A program made the translations under genes and the position numbers. Positions 48,957 through 62,210 of a stretch of 64,000 nucleotides of DNA are shown here, piece by piece (within the stretch, counting starts at the first letter, position 1; the number at the start of each line of letters is the position of its first letter). The notes under the pieces are model-generated. The model was not told the origin of the DNA. It made no database searches and was given only the letters and a program-made list of their open reading frames with translations. The DNA comes from Heteronotia binoei (taxonomy: Eukaryota): the NCBI RefSeq assembly GCF_032191835.1, contig NC_083231.1, positions 38,006,001 to 38,070,000 of the forward strand, in the 5' to 3' direction.

Positions 48957-49764
48957 ATAGACCAACACTATGCAGAATGCAGAATACACATGACAATGTC
49001 CTGAAATTTCACCACTTACAGTTTACTTTCTGTATAGGAAAAAGCACCTGGGATAGAAAATAACTAGAGAAAAATATGTATTTTCCCAAGGGGTAGCTTT
49101 TTTACCCCAGCCCCTTAAGGTGCTCTGAAGGGATACAGTCCTCCATGACAACATGATGGCCCTTTCTGATGACCCTTCTCTTCAGAGAGACACACAGAAA
49201 AATACCCCACAGTACAAAACAGGTTAGAAATTATTACTTCAAAGTGTTCAAGATGCATTTTTAAAATTCATGAAAGTTTATGTTAGTTTTCTAACATCTT
49301 AGGTTCAAAACACAGTTTTTGTTATTTCAAATAACTAGAATTTGGCCATGGGTAGAAATGTAACCCAAATGTAATATTTATGAAAGAATAGTTTGCTAAA
49401 CATACAGAATATGTTTTGCAATGTAATAAAGTTTTAAGTTCTGAACTCTTGTCAACACTGCTGAAAACAAAATCACAAACAATACTGGTTAATAGAATAT
49501 TCTTTCTCATACCTGGAACTTGCCCAACCCTACTGCATTATTCTGCTTTAGCAGGAGTTTCTGCTGTTATAGTGAAATATTTTTTTTCAATCAGACTTCA
49601 TCACTGGCTTGTTGATTGACAGAATAATTCTAATAATTTGTTTTGAATTCCAGAGATAAAAGTGGACCATAAATAAAGCTAAATGAATAATAAAAAAACC
49701 TTGTATAACGAGTTTGGTAATAGCTTTTAGTAACCATATTGTCCTTCACTGCTTCAGTACCAAA

Positions 49765-50405
49765 TTAAGTTGCCAGCTTCCAGGTGGGAGAGGGGGATCA
49801 CCTGATTTAGTGGGCTCCTGTCTGCAGCTGGCCAGTGGGGAAAGGCCCACTCCAACAGAACAATCCAGTGGAAGAGACATCATCACACTGGGGATGTCGT
49901 GGCAATCAGGCCCAGCATGTGGGGTACTGCCGCCCAAGTTTGGCGGACGCTGCGGAGTGGAAGCGCCATTCTTTCTTGGCTTTTAGAGATCAGGGGAACG
50001 CCCCCCAACCCCTTAAAGTCAAGAAAGAACACTCCCAACACTTCCCCTCCCCAGTGTTCACCGAATCTGGAGGGCACTGCGAACAGGAAGCCAATCCGAG
50101 GCTCGGGGATGGCGCGAGCGAGGAGGGGCGCCCACCCCTGCTGGGAGTTGCCATCGTCCTAGGCAGTTGCCTAGTTTGCCTACTCCCACGCATGCGCTGG
50201 CCCTGGTGGCAATGCTCTGGTATTTGGGGCAAAACTCTATGGTTTCAGTTTTGCCTAAAATATCAGAGTATCGCTTCACAATGTCCCCAGTGTGATGATG
50301 ACGTCATATCAGGGACATTGTACACAGAGACATTGCCCTACCCCTCCATTCCCAGAAAGCTTCCTTCCACCCCCACTGGCAAGAGCCTCGGATCTGGCAA
50401 CCCTT
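49765..50405. mobile_element. hAT-type non-autonomous element (TAGGGTTGCCA family) with GC-rich interior
   Basis: ..AAGTTGCCAGC start and GATCTGGCAACCCT end; flanks GTACCAAA / GTACTGGC give a partial TSD. Confidence 0.6.
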
Positions 50406-53400
50406 GTACTGGCACATAAATTAAAACAACAAGCTTCATGTTTATTTTATCAACAACATTTTAGACACTTGCAGTATTTACATCTGACTCTAAGATTGCT
50501 TGATCTGTAACTGGAAAAGAAACAACATGGATCTATCTTCCTTATTAAGAGAGTCAAGGAAGAAATCAAGAATTCACAAGAATATTTTGCAACACTCTAG
50601 AGATCTATATGAGAAATATTTTTAGACATGAAGATCCTGATTTCTCTATGAAAAGCTATATAAGGGAGCATGAGACCATGAGACCAAATTGCAGTAGGAG
50701 GACATTCAAGATGAAAGGGACATAATTAAAATGAACAATTAGTTCTGGTCAGAGCTAGACCCCTAGTGGAAATATGCTATCAGAATGATATAAAACCTGC
50801 TTTCTCAGTTTACTGTCAGCTTGATTTTAGCTGAACTACTGTAAATATTTAATCTTGTCTATAGCTGGACTTCCTAGTCATAGTTGTAGTCCATATATTT
50901 TAATAAAGAACCTGATAATATTTTAATTTTACTGATCCCACACAAGTGACTCACTAAAACTATGAATTGTAGTCCTAGCAGAGAAAAGGATGTTCATGGC
51001 TGTTGTTATAACAAGACGGAAGTAATATATTGCTTTGGTTGTGCTGCGTTTAGAAAGGTATGTATTTATTTTTGACTTTTAAACTTTTCAGTGATTTTTT
51101 TTTTACAATGTTCTGTTGCATGTCACTGTAAGTATCTTTGTGAGGGAAGGACTAGTACTTCTGTGGAAGCCACAAAATAGCTGGGATATAGCTGATGATA
51201 GGCTAAAGGAATCCCCAAATGACCAATACATTTTTAAAACTTACAGTTAGAGATCTTTATAATATTTTGATCTAACCCTTTCTTCAAGGAGTTCAGGGCA
51301 GCATGCACATTTCTCTAGTCCATTTTATCCTCATTACAGTCCTGTGAGTTAGGGTAGAGTAGATGGCTCCAGTCATGCAGAAAGTTTCATTGCTGAACAG
51401 AGATTTGAATCTAAGACATCATAGTTTAGCATGCTGACCACCAGGGCTCATTCTGTAGAAAAATAGGTGGTGGAGCTCATCCAGGGCTTGTTATGCAGCT
51501 GCACATACTGTTCAATGGACAAGGAGGTAGAACTCTCAGAAGGAGGAGGTGGAACTCTCAGAAAGGTTCAGGAGCTGTGCTCCTGTGAGCTCCCACTGAA
51601 TCTGAGACCTGCTGACCACTATAAAGCACTGCCTCAATTGGTCTGGCAGGATTTCCTGTGATAGAATTGACTATACTTATATTAATATTTAGGGTTACAA
51701 CCCCTGAGCTTCTGCTGTTCCCTGTCCAAGCTCTTGTTTTTTTAGAGTTCCAGAAGCTGCGAGGGAAATTGGAGAAATCTGTGGATCAAAATGTGCTGTG
51801 CAGCAACTGGTGGGGAATTGATTACTTGAGCCAGGGAAAGCAAAGCCCAGGGTGGTGAAACTGCTAGTGAGGAATTGGTCTCTGTTTGACTCCCATAGAT
51901 CATCTTGGGATAAGTTAATGGAGGATAAGCTGTTGAGTTCAGGGTTTAATTTGTCCTTCTTGTCTACTAATATACCATATGTTAGAAAGGTTTTGAAATC
52001 ACTGAGATTAGATCCAGAGGTAATTAATTTAGATGCTAGGAGATGTTGTTTCCCCCCTTTTGTTTTTCAGATTTTGTTCTTTTCGTAGAATGGTCAGCTT
52101 GCTGAAAGGGTATTAGCTGCCCCCAGAGACTCTGCCCTTGTGGTAGAGCTGCAATTGAAACTTTACCTCATTTTGTAAAGTTATTTGTACTTGCCTATAA
52201 GAGTTAAATATATATTATCTTTATTGAGCAGGTTTCCTTGCTGTTCACATGACTTTCAACTGTTATATCTTTTGGTTGGTAATGATAGGGGAGTTACTTT
52301 TTCTGTGTATATTTTGTGCCATTAGAATTAGATAGGCATATGTTAAAAATATATCTGGAGTTAAGTTGGCCTGTGTTTTGTTAGCTTTACCAAGGTGCTC
52401 TGGGACATGTGAGCACTCTGATTTTGAAATAGGAATATAAACAACAGTGTAACAAATTCCATTCCAAGCTATCCCAACAAACCAACAGAGCTGGTGTGAT
52501 GTGGTGGTTAGAGAGTTAAACTGAAATTACTGAGTTGTGAGTTTAAACCCCTACTCAGCCATAAGGTTTGCTGGATACCTCAGACGTTAGCATCTGGTCT
52601 TGTATGTAAACTGTGCTTTACTAGTTTTATTTCAGTATTTCACCTTTGTATATTATATCTTACTTATTTAATATAATATAATATTTTACTTACCTTTACC
52701 TTTTAGTTTTATTTCAGGATTTCACCTTTTTAATATTATATTTTACTTATATTTCATTTTAACTGCTTTTATCTTTCTAAAACAAATAAATGGTCAGAGT
52801 TCCCTGTAATCATGGAGTTTAAAGAAGTTATGTGACGAACATCTGATTTAAAATTGCCACTTTTCATCTACTTAAAATTTGAAGTGATTTTACCTTTCTA
52901 AAACAAATAAATGGTCAGTGATTCTGATTGGACAAATATCAGGGAAATTTGAAGACAAGCAAAAAAAAAAAATCAAAATTATGAACAAGTTTTGTGTAAA
53001 GTAAAATTCAAGGAAAGTGTGGCAAACCACTACTGGGGCAAAATATCTGATGCATTTTGAGTCAAATTACAAGAGTTTAAAGAATACTAGAGAACTCTTT
53101 TAGGTAGTTTTTGTTTATGCCTGTATAATAAAATATGTGCAGTGAAAGAAATAATTGAGTATTAATTATTCATCTAAGACAGCACAGAGTTAAATTGAAT
53201 ATGCTACAGCCATTATATGCTGATAAATGTCAAAACGTGATTGTTAGGATATACTTTTTTCAGATCTGCAATTGAGAAAACATATTCTATATAGCAATGA
53301 AGAGTAATTTTTGCTGTTCACTTTCTGAGTCAATCAAGTGTAATAGTTAGGGTGCTAGACTTAGACTGAGAAGACATGAGTACAAATTCCTACAGCTACA

Positions 53401-53459
53401 GAGCTTGTCATGACCCTCACAGAGCTGGCTCTGGAGTCCAACTTTGAGGCCCCCAAGGA

Positions 53460-53967
53460 TAGGGTTGCCAAGTCCAATTCAAGAAATATCTGGGGACTTT
53501 GGGGGTGGAGCCAGGAGACATTAGGGGTGGAGCCAAGATCAAGGCTGTGACAAGCATAATTGAACTCCAAAGGGAGTTCTGGCCATCCCATTTAAAGGGA
53601 CAGCACACCTTTTTAAATGCCTTCCTTCCATAGGAAATCATGAAGGATAGAGGCACCTTCTTTGGGGGCTCATAGAATTGGACCCCCTGGTCCACTCTTT
53701 TTGAAACTTGGGGGGTATTTTGGGAAGAGGCACTATATCCTATACTGAAAATTTGGTGCCTCTACCCCCCAAAACAGGCCCCCCCAGAACCCCAGATACA
53801 CACAGATCAATTCTCCATGATTTTCTATGGGAATAAATCTCCATAGGGAATAGAGTTCCCAGCAGACATTTCCCTCTCCTCCCCCTGCTTTCTGATGACC
53901 CTGAAGCAGGGAGGAGGGTCTCCAAATCGGGGGATCCCTTGCCCCCACCTGGGGATTGGGAACCCTA
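53460..53967. mobile_element. 508-bp hAT MITE
   Basis: TIRs TAGGGTTGCCAA / TTGGGAACCCTA and perfect 8-bp TSD CCCAAGGA (53452-53459 and 53968-53975). Confidence 0.9.
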
Positions 53968-54041
53968 CCCAAGGAGGAGCCTGAAAAGCCAGAAACATGG
54001 CCTGGGAAGAGCAGGAAACTTCTGGCCCATTTGATCCACAG

Positions 54042-54938
54042 CAGTGGCGTCACTGGGGTGGGTTGCACCCTGGGGCCAAGTGCGTGGGTTGCACCCTGGG
54101 GCCAAGTCGGTTGCACCCTGGGGCCAAGTGTGCCGGACTCGGAGGGAAGAGCAGCAGTCCTCGTGCGCTGCCCAGAGGTGCTAAATCCCTCGCGTTCGAA
54201 CAAAGGAAGCCTCCGCCTGGAGAAGCCGAAAGATTTGGGGACGGTAACCGTCCCGAAACTTGAGGAGAGGCGCTGCTCGTCCTGCAAACTACTTCTTCCA
54301 TCAGTCCGTCCCTCCCAAGGCGCTGGCGGCGGCGCGGGCTTGTGCAAGACCAGTTGCTAGCCGAGAGCGGCGGCTGGGGGAGCTCAGCGCACCTGGCGAG
54401 AACCAGCGAGAAAGAAGCCCGCTTCGGGTCCTCGTCGCCTGCCCCCTCCTCCCCCGCTGCCAGCAGCAGCGCCTGCGGTGCGGAGTCTTCAGCACTGGTG
54501 CTCATGCGCACTGCCGGCAATGCTCCTGCGCTACCCCTCACCCGCTCCTCCTCTTGCTGCTGCGAGCGCGGCCGATGCCGCCTGTTTTCCTCCTGCGTGA
54601 GGGACTCCCTCGCTCTCTGCCTGCCTGCCCCCTTCCCTTCCCTCCTGCGCCCCGCGCGTCTAAAGCCTCCTTTCCCTCGCTGGTTGGCTCGCAACGTCCT
54701 CCCTTCCCTGGTTTGCCTGCTCGCCCTCTGATGCCTGCCTGCGGAGAGCTGCGCTTTCCTCTTCCCTCCCGGCCTTCTCTCGCTTCGCCACTGCCTTGAA
54801 AGAGCCTCCCCGCGTCTCCCGCCAATAAAGACTGTGATTGCTTGCCGCCTGCTGCCTTCAAAGAGCCCTAGGGGGCCAATGAGAATGCTCTAGGGGGGGG
54901 CCAATGGCCCCCTTGGCCCTGCCCTAGTGACGCCTCTG
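54042..54938. mobile_element. 897-bp CpG-rich non-autonomous hAT element
   Basis: TIRs CAGTGGCGTCACT / AGTGACGCCTCTG (12/13), perfect 8-bp TSD ATCCACAG (54034-54041 and 54939-54946), subterminal GGTTGCACCCTGGGGCCAAGT x3. Confidence 0.92.
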
Positions 54939-56334
54939 ATCCACAGCTTGCCCCTGAGAAGCCTGCAGCTGGATCTCCTCCACCAGAGCTTCCCTCTGTC
55001 CCTCCCAGGTCCTTGCGCAATTAATCCCCATTCCAGGTCGTGGCCCACAAGCCCACTAAAGTCTGCCTCTACCCAGTAGGAGCAGCAGAGGCAGAAGGCT
55101 CATGCCAAGATAGGTTAATAAAGATATGCTAGGCTTGCAGTCCATGCTATCCCTCCTGTACAAGATCATGGTTGATGTAATCTTTTGCAGAATTATGGCC
55201 CCATTTAAGCCAGGACAAGATGAGTCCTGATTGCAGCTACCAGAGCAGGAGGAGTTCCTGTCCTCTCAGCCACTTTAAGCCTTGGGTTGGGAGGATTGCT
55301 TGATCGACCAGTCTACTGGAAGTTTGGGGGATTAACCAGTCTACTAAGTGCAAGCCTGTATTACTGTTACAGTGCCTTCCTCTTGAAATCCAGCCTTACT
55401 ATCCAGGCATGAGGGTACTGTTCCAGAAGAGACCTGACTGGGCCTGCCTGCAGTGTATAGGACAGAACTACAGAGGGGAAGTTGCTTTCTCAGAAGAACA
55501 CAACCAGGGCTTTTTCCCCTGAGAGAATACAGTGGAACAGAATTCCAGACTCTCTTGATGGAAACAAAATTCTCAAAAAATGTTTAGAAAAAATAGTGTG
55601 GTGTGTTCATCAGGTGCACCCATGTGTTTCTTCTTCATTTCCCTCTTGAGAGTTCCGGCACCAATTTTTCCAGAAAAAAAGCCCTGAATATAACTCACAG
55701 GATTGTTGTGAGGATAAAATGGATGAGGAAAGAATTTATGCTAACCCAATGTAATAGGTCATCCTGCCTTGTGATTGCCCTTTTGCTTCACAAGAAGCAA
55801 TGTATACTTCAATTCATCATCTCTTTATGACCATTTAATTAAACTAACCATTTAATAACCTAGATTCAACCAGACAATTATATGCTTAAACTCAAAAACT
55901 ATCCTGGTGGATTTGCTGGTCAATTAACAGAAACACTAAAATAGCTTAAATGTAACTTTGCTAGTTGATCATATTGCAACATATATGTGATGATGCAACC
56001 ATATAAAATTGCACATCCAAAAGCATCAGTCAGACTGAAGAGTGTTTCCTAAAATACTATGTACAGTTTTGCATATTAAGTCAGTTACAGAAATACAGTT
56101 AGTCTTTTAAAATTGTCCCTTCAAAAATATCAAACAGTGGCCCAAATTATGCTCTAACAGCCCAATCCTTTCCCAATAATTATAAAAAACAGAAACCATG
56201 AATTAGACAGATGTGTACCCTTGATGACTAATGCTGCATGGCTGTACTTTCCATCTAGGTATTAGTATACAAAACATATTTTAAAATGCAACCCTGAACA
56301 GTCTGTGGTTGGCCTAATACTGAAGGACAGATAA

Positions 56335-56414
56335 GTTTGAGTCCAGTGGCACCTTTAAGACCAACAAAGTTTAATTTAAGGTATAAGCTTTCGTGTGCAT
56401 GCATACTTTTTTAG
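56335..56414 (-). mobile_element. Penelope-type terminal-repeat remnant with decayed hammerhead motif
   Basis: GTTTGAGTCCAGTGGCACCTTTAAGACCAAC block; minus strand CTAAAAAA-GTATG(CATG)CACAC-GAAAGC keeps the stem and GAAA, but the CUGANGA core is mutated. Confidence 0.5.
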
Positions 56415-56628
56415 TTCTAGGACTCTTATTCACTGCTCCAGTTAGATTTATGTTAGTGTTTGTGAGTGGATGTATCAAAAGTAGGAAAAGAATGGGAAAG
56501 AAAATATAGAACTATTTAAAAAGACACATAATGAACAAAAGAAAGGAGTCAGGAAGAGAGCTGCCAAATCCAGGGTTGATTCTGCACTAACCTTAATCTG
56601 TGTGCCAGCCTTCTGTTTCTCTCTAGAG

Positions 56629-57929
56629 TGTGAGGAAAAAACCCCTTACAGAACATCGTGATCACCAGCTTGGTTGCCAGAGCACCTGGAGAAATGACTC
56701 GCACACATCTGGCCAGAGAGTGTGAGCACACCTATCCAGGGGCAAAAGGGACTTATACAGTACTAGCATCCATAACGCTACAAAGGCACTCTAGACTGGT
56801 ACAAGAGTGCCCACCAGAAGAACGGATGGTTTCCCGTCATTCTGTATGACATTCATCTCAGCCATGGAGCAGAAGAGACTGCGCTGCCAGGAGCTATCCA
56901 GGTGAACGATTTTGAAGTTCTGATCATGAAATCCACTGTGGAGGGCTAACACCACATGCAGCTATCTTCCTACCAGGCTTGACTCCATTCCAGTGAAGCG
57001 GATGGCTCACGTACACACCAGATGTCACCTGTGCCTGCAAGCAACCTACCCACCCCAGGAGGGGTTAATTGTTCAACCGCCACTTTCTTTGTTTGACGGA
57101 ACTCAAAACAAAGACTAGTGCCAAGGAGAAGACAGAAGAAGAGGAAGATCATCTTCAGCCAGAGCCAAGTTCCTTTGTACAAACTGGGTGTTACCTAGAC
57201 CATGATTTGACTCTCTATTGTCACCCTTTTAGATAAGTCTAATAGTCCTAAATATCTCCCCACCCAAGTAATCTCGCTATTCTTCTTCCCAACTGTCATC
57301 TTGGAGCCTCCCCCTGGTCCATTTCAACCTGAAAGTTCACTCAGGTATCCAGGATCCAGGCCAGTCCATTGGTCAAGAGCAAGCACCCAATTAGGTGTCA
57401 CCAATTAACTTTCTATTCGTTGTCGCAGTAGTCCAGCCCTTATGGTCACTGCGAAACCTCCCCTTTTCGTGAGGTCATGCACCAGCTGACCACCTCCCTC
57501 GTACCTCCCATCCCCTAAGGGCTCAAGAGAGTCCTTATAACCTGTGGACTAGCTACCCACAGGTGTGCTTCTATCAGTATCCCAACTTCCGCTGCATCGA
57601 TCCATCCCCGATTCCTGATCAGTTTCGGGTCCCTCCTCCCACTTCCCCGCTCGTCGCTATTGGAGCCTTCCTCGAAGACTACGATAGGTAAATATCGCCC
57701 TGTTTTTCTACCCATGTATTTCCCTATCTCTCTATCTATTTTTCCTAGGACTAAATGTGTGATTTTATGAGTATTTTTCTTAATAAATTATAATTGTTTT
57801 ACTTAATTAGAGTCCCTAATATTTTAAGCATTACTTTTCTGGATGTGGTAATAGGTAAAAAGATCCTGAGTGAGCCAGGTGCCCACCTGACAATTTCTCA
57901 ACCTCGTTTTGAGGGCATTTTGGCTTACA
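56629..57929 (+). mobile_element. Complete solo LTR (1,301 bp)
   Basis: TG...CA termini, 4-bp TSD AGAG (56625-56628 and 57930-57933), CTTATAA near 57535, AATAAA near 57782; homologous to 1-1073. Confidence 0.9.
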
Positions 57930-57940
57930 AGAGCAAGCTA

Positions 57941-58106
57941 GCAATTTTGTGCCAGCTGCTCCATGCCATCATTTTGTATGGGGAAAGCCTACTGTTTGTC
58001 ACGCCGCAGTGTAAACCTGGAAAAACAGGTCTATTCTACGTCGTGGCAAATCGTGGGTCTTCCCCATGCAGAATGCTGGCGCAGAGCAGTTGGTGCAAAA
58101 TCGCTG
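57941..58106. mobile_element. Old fold-back MITE
   Basis: Arms GCAATTTTGTGCCAGCTGCTCC..ATGGGGAA and TTCCCCAT..GAGCAGTTGGTGCAAAATCGC form an imperfect inverted repeat. Confidence 0.55.
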
Positions 58107-60632
58107 GCTTGCTCCAGAGAAATACAGAAGCCTTGCACAGAGCAAGGTTCAGCCCAGGTTGTGAAATTCTTGGATATTTGGGAGTGGAGCTTGAAGATGG
58201 TGGATTTTCAGAGTTAGCTCTGAAGAATGCAGAGATCCCTGGTCTGGTGTGTTTAGAAACTGCCTTTAGAGACCTTAAGAGTCAATTAAAAAGATGAGTA
58301 CTGGTGTTTCAAGAGAAGGGGCTTGGGTACTAGAAACAGTGTACCAGTCTTCTAGAAACCAAAAGAGTCAGAGAATACTCTATACTGAAGTGTTTTGGGG
58401 AAAACACTAGAAGAAAAGCCTCTCTACATGAGGATTTAAGTTACTGTGAAAAGCTTAAGAAACTCACATTAGCCTGAAACAGAAGAGTTATAGGGCACTT
58501 TCACAAATACTAAATAATGCAGTTTCAATCCACTTCAGCGACCATTTGCAAGTGGATTGTTCCATTTAACACAGTAAAATCAAGCTTCAAAGTGGATTGA
58601 AAGTGCATTATTTTGTGTATGTGAAAGTGCCCTTTAGTCTATACATGTACTCTTTTAACCTCAGAAATTTCAATCCATAGTTTCACCTGACTTTTTTCCT
58701 GTTAATTTTTTTTTTATTTTTGAATTTCAAAATGCTTTAAGTACCATTTGTTTAAGTTAAAGCTGGCTCCTGATCCAAAGCTGGCTCCTGATCCTTCTCT
58801 CTGGTTCCTCGGGTGAGCCAACAGCCAAATAGCATACTGTGACAGGGTGGGACAGCCAGAGTTCCTCATCAAAGAAGAAAACACATTACTAGGGCTGCTC
58901 AGTAAAGAGGAGAAAAAAACAGGGAAAACCTAGCCTCTGAGGAAGGGGCTGTCATAGCTGCCTCCACTGATAAGCATTATGCTGAACTGCTATGAAATTA
59001 TATTTCTTATATTTCTACCTTGTTTTTATATAATTCAAAAGTCTAATATAAAAATAAAACATGAAACCCAAAAAATAACAACCAAAAGAATCCATAACAT
59101 CTTATCAGCATTCTAATATGCACTTGAAGAAAATGCAAAAACTTAGTTTATTATCTGTCTATGAAGAAAAGCTTTTACTATCTTTTCAAAAAGAGCTGCA
59201 AGAAAACGTCGAAGCTTGAAGGAAGACATATTCCATAGGCAGTTCAGGTACTTATTCCATAAATAAAAGAGCAAAGGAAAAAATGACACGTTTGCTGCTT
59301 GTATGAAAACTTTATGTGGACTGGCGACTATGTGGTGCTAAAGGAATACTAGCATTGCACTGAGGTATGAACATTTACACATTTGTAGTTTAATTATTTT
59401 ATGTAACCTTCCATTATTATTCTACCTAGCTCAGTACTGTCTATTTATAATTTATTTAGGTTTTGCCCACCCACCATTTGAATACAAACGCAACAAAAGA
59501 TATGGGTTAAACTGGGAACTTTATTTATAACTTTGTTAACACCTTTAAGCAGGGGTTGCAGCTGGCTTGCAAGGCAAACCTAACTGGGCAATACCACTCC
59601 AGCTCTGAGCCAGGTCCAGAATCCCTCTGAATCTTTGTCCTTATGACTGCACATATGTGCGTAGAGTCCCCTTCCATGACTGCTAAGCCTTAAGGCTTGT
59701 TGTACATCCCCCCCATCCTTGAGAGGCCATCAGTGAGCCACCTAGATCTTGTAGCTGATAGGAACCTAATTTGAGGACCCCCTATCTCCTTGCCAACTGG
59801 AACTCACCTTTATCAGTGCTTTTCCTACCATCCCAGTTAAGGCTGAATCAGATTAACGAGGCCTATTTATACCTCACCATGGCCAATTTGAATGAGGACC
59901 CAAACATTTCTGCTTGACCCCCAAATGGGCAACCAGCTTATCCCATATGGTCTCAAAAGAGGGTGGGTGAGGAATGAAAAGCAGAGGCGGCAGCCACTGA
60001 AATTGACTGGCGTGCCTGCCTCTCATTGGCTAGTGCCGATTTGGTAATCCCTAATACACTCTCCTTACCTTGTGTTTTCATTCAACAAGAAGGGGGAGCG
60101 GGCAACTGCCAGCACCTGCTCAATTCAGTAGGAACTGGTCATTTCTTGGCCACTTTCCCCAGATGTGTCCAAAACAGGTTACAACAATTTAAAAACACAT
60201 TGACAGATCAATGTTTTGTCCCTCTAATTTTGCCATATTAGGAAGTACTGGAATCCAGCCTTTCACTTCCCACCAGTTTGTCTCTTGCTAGCAGTTCTTC
60301 TTCATATTTCTTTGTAGTTTCAGTAATTAGCTGGTCAAATACACATGACAGAGAGACCAAGCCATCATCCTGTTTGGCCACTGTGTGAAACAGGATGCTG
60401 GATTTGATGGGCCACTAGTTTAGTCCAGCAGAGATTTTACTATGTCTTACTCCAAATTAGTATGCTCCAAGAGGCAGAAGGTCTCTAAGGACTTGATCAG
60501 AAGACTTTCCCCTAGTTTTTCTGCCTGAGGTTCTTTTAACTGAGACCCTGACACTTGGGAATTTTTAATGAAAAATATGTGCTCTAATTACTAACTTAGT
60601 TTAGGAGTATGAGTACTTTAAAAAATAATTTG

Positions 60633-60720
60633 GCCCTGACCTCGAAGGCCCAGGTTAGCCTCATCAGATCTTGGAAGCTAAACAGGATCAGCCCTGGTTA
60701 ATATTTGGGTAGGAAACTAG
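60633..60720 (+). mobile_element. 5S-derived SINE head fragment
   Basis: GCCCTGACCT..ATCAGATCTTGGAAGCTAAACAGG..CCTGGTTAATATTTGG, same family as 41755. Confidence 0.55.
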
Positions 60721-61689
60721 AGATGGGCATAAACCTGATCACAAACCTTAATTCATCACGAAAACCACCCAGTTCATGGTGAGCTGAGGGTTATGCAACT
60801 GCACCTGCAACAAACCTCCATGTTTTTTACAAAGGTTCATGCAGTTTGTGTTGGTGGGTTGTGACACAGAACAGGCAATAGTGGTCCTCCAAACACCAAA
60901 CAAAAGTGGCCCTTTTAGGACCAAGAGATGCAGAGGAAAGCATGAAAGAGCCCAGACTGGGGGCAGAAGGAGATGAGGGAGAGGCAGAGGTGGGGTGCGC
61001 ACTGGTGATGGTGGTGCAGGAAAGAGAGGAAGCAGACATCTAAGGCTTGTAGAGAAAGAGGAAGGTGATCTTTTTGTAGAAGCGATGAAAGTTCAGGAAA
61101 CTGGCCAGTGGGGCAGTATGAGGGAAGCTAGTATATGACACAGGGCCAAAAAGGGGAACCCCAGGAGGCCCAGAATTTAAGGGTCGCAGAGTTGGAACAA
61201 AAAAGAAGGGCAATTTCATTTTGATAGAAGTGGCAGGAGGTTTGGGAAGCTGGCCTATAGGGCAGTCAGAGGGCAGACAGCAGAGGAGGCCAGGCCAAAA
61301 AAGGGAGACCTCAGGAGGGCTGGAAGGATCACTAGGTCAGAAGGAAAAGGGGGGGGGGTGATCTTTTTTTTGGTAGAAGAGGAGAGTCAGCTGGAGACTC
61401 ACTACAAGTTTGATGTCTCTAACCTGCAGGGGGTCCATTCTTCAATATCCGTTAGGAAGTTATTAAAGCCATGAAGGAAGGGGCTAAGTATATCTGCAAG
61501 GGCAGACTTTATCAAAAGTGCCCAAGAATGACAAGTGACCAAAAGCGACCTGTGGAGGCTGAGCTCATTTTAGTTATGAATTTCAATATGGCATCCAAAC
61601 TGAAACAGATTTGAGTAAGAATACTCATATCCACTATCTTGGTAAGGAGCAGGGAGTTGACCCCTTGATGAGCTGTTCTGATATCATAA

Positions 61690-62210
61690 AATCATAGAAT
61701 CATAGAGTTGAAAGGGACCTCCAGGGTCATCTAGTCCAACCTCCTGCACAATGCAGGAAACTCACAAATACCTCTCCCTAAGTTCACAGGATTTTCATTG
61801 CTGTCAGATGGCTGTCTAGCCTCTGCTTAAAAACCTCCAAGGAAGGAGAGCCCACCACCTCCTGAGGAAGCCTTTTCCACTGAGGAACCGCTCTGTCAAG
61901 AAGTTCTTCCTAATGTTGAGCCGGAAACTCTTTTGATTTAATTTCAACCCATTGGTTCTGGTCCTACCTTCTGAGGCCACAGAAAACAATTCCACACCAT
62001 CCTCTATATGACAGCCCTTCAAGTACTTGAAGATGGTGTTCATATCACTTCTCAGCCACGTCCTCTCCAGGCTAAACATGCCCAGCTCCTTCAACTTTTC
62101 TTCATAAGACTTTGTCTCCAGAGTCCAGACCCTTACCATCATCGTTGCCCTCCTCCGGACCCGTTCCAGCTTGTCTATATCCTTCTTAAAATGTGGTGCC
62201 CAAAACATAC
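61690..62210 (-). mobile_element. 5'-truncated CR1 LINE
   Basis: (ATCATAGA)n 3' tail at 61690; peptide FWAPHFKKDIDKLERV..LKELGMFSLE..FRLNIRKNFLT. Confidence 0.9.

Noticed and set aside
54060-54131. CRISPR-like short direct repeats
   Set aside because: Eukaryotic context, no unique spacers of regular length; these are hAT subterminal repeats.
54050-54694. 214-aa ORF (includes MSTSAEDSAP...) and overlapping GC-rich ORFs as the first exon of a host gene
   Set aside because: They lie wholly inside a TIR/TSD-bounded hAT element, there is no strong donor, long frames on both strands reflect GC content, and ATGAG overlaps a CATGCGCA promoter-like motif.
1-57929. One giant LTR element spanning the two LTR copies
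   Set aside because: The right LTR has its own TSD on both sides, and the interval has no matching PBS, PPT or collinear gag-pol.
57794-58297. 167-aa ORF and a kinase-like RWLAPE motif in another frame
   Set aside because: Spans the LTR end and a palindromic MITE; no other kinase motifs.
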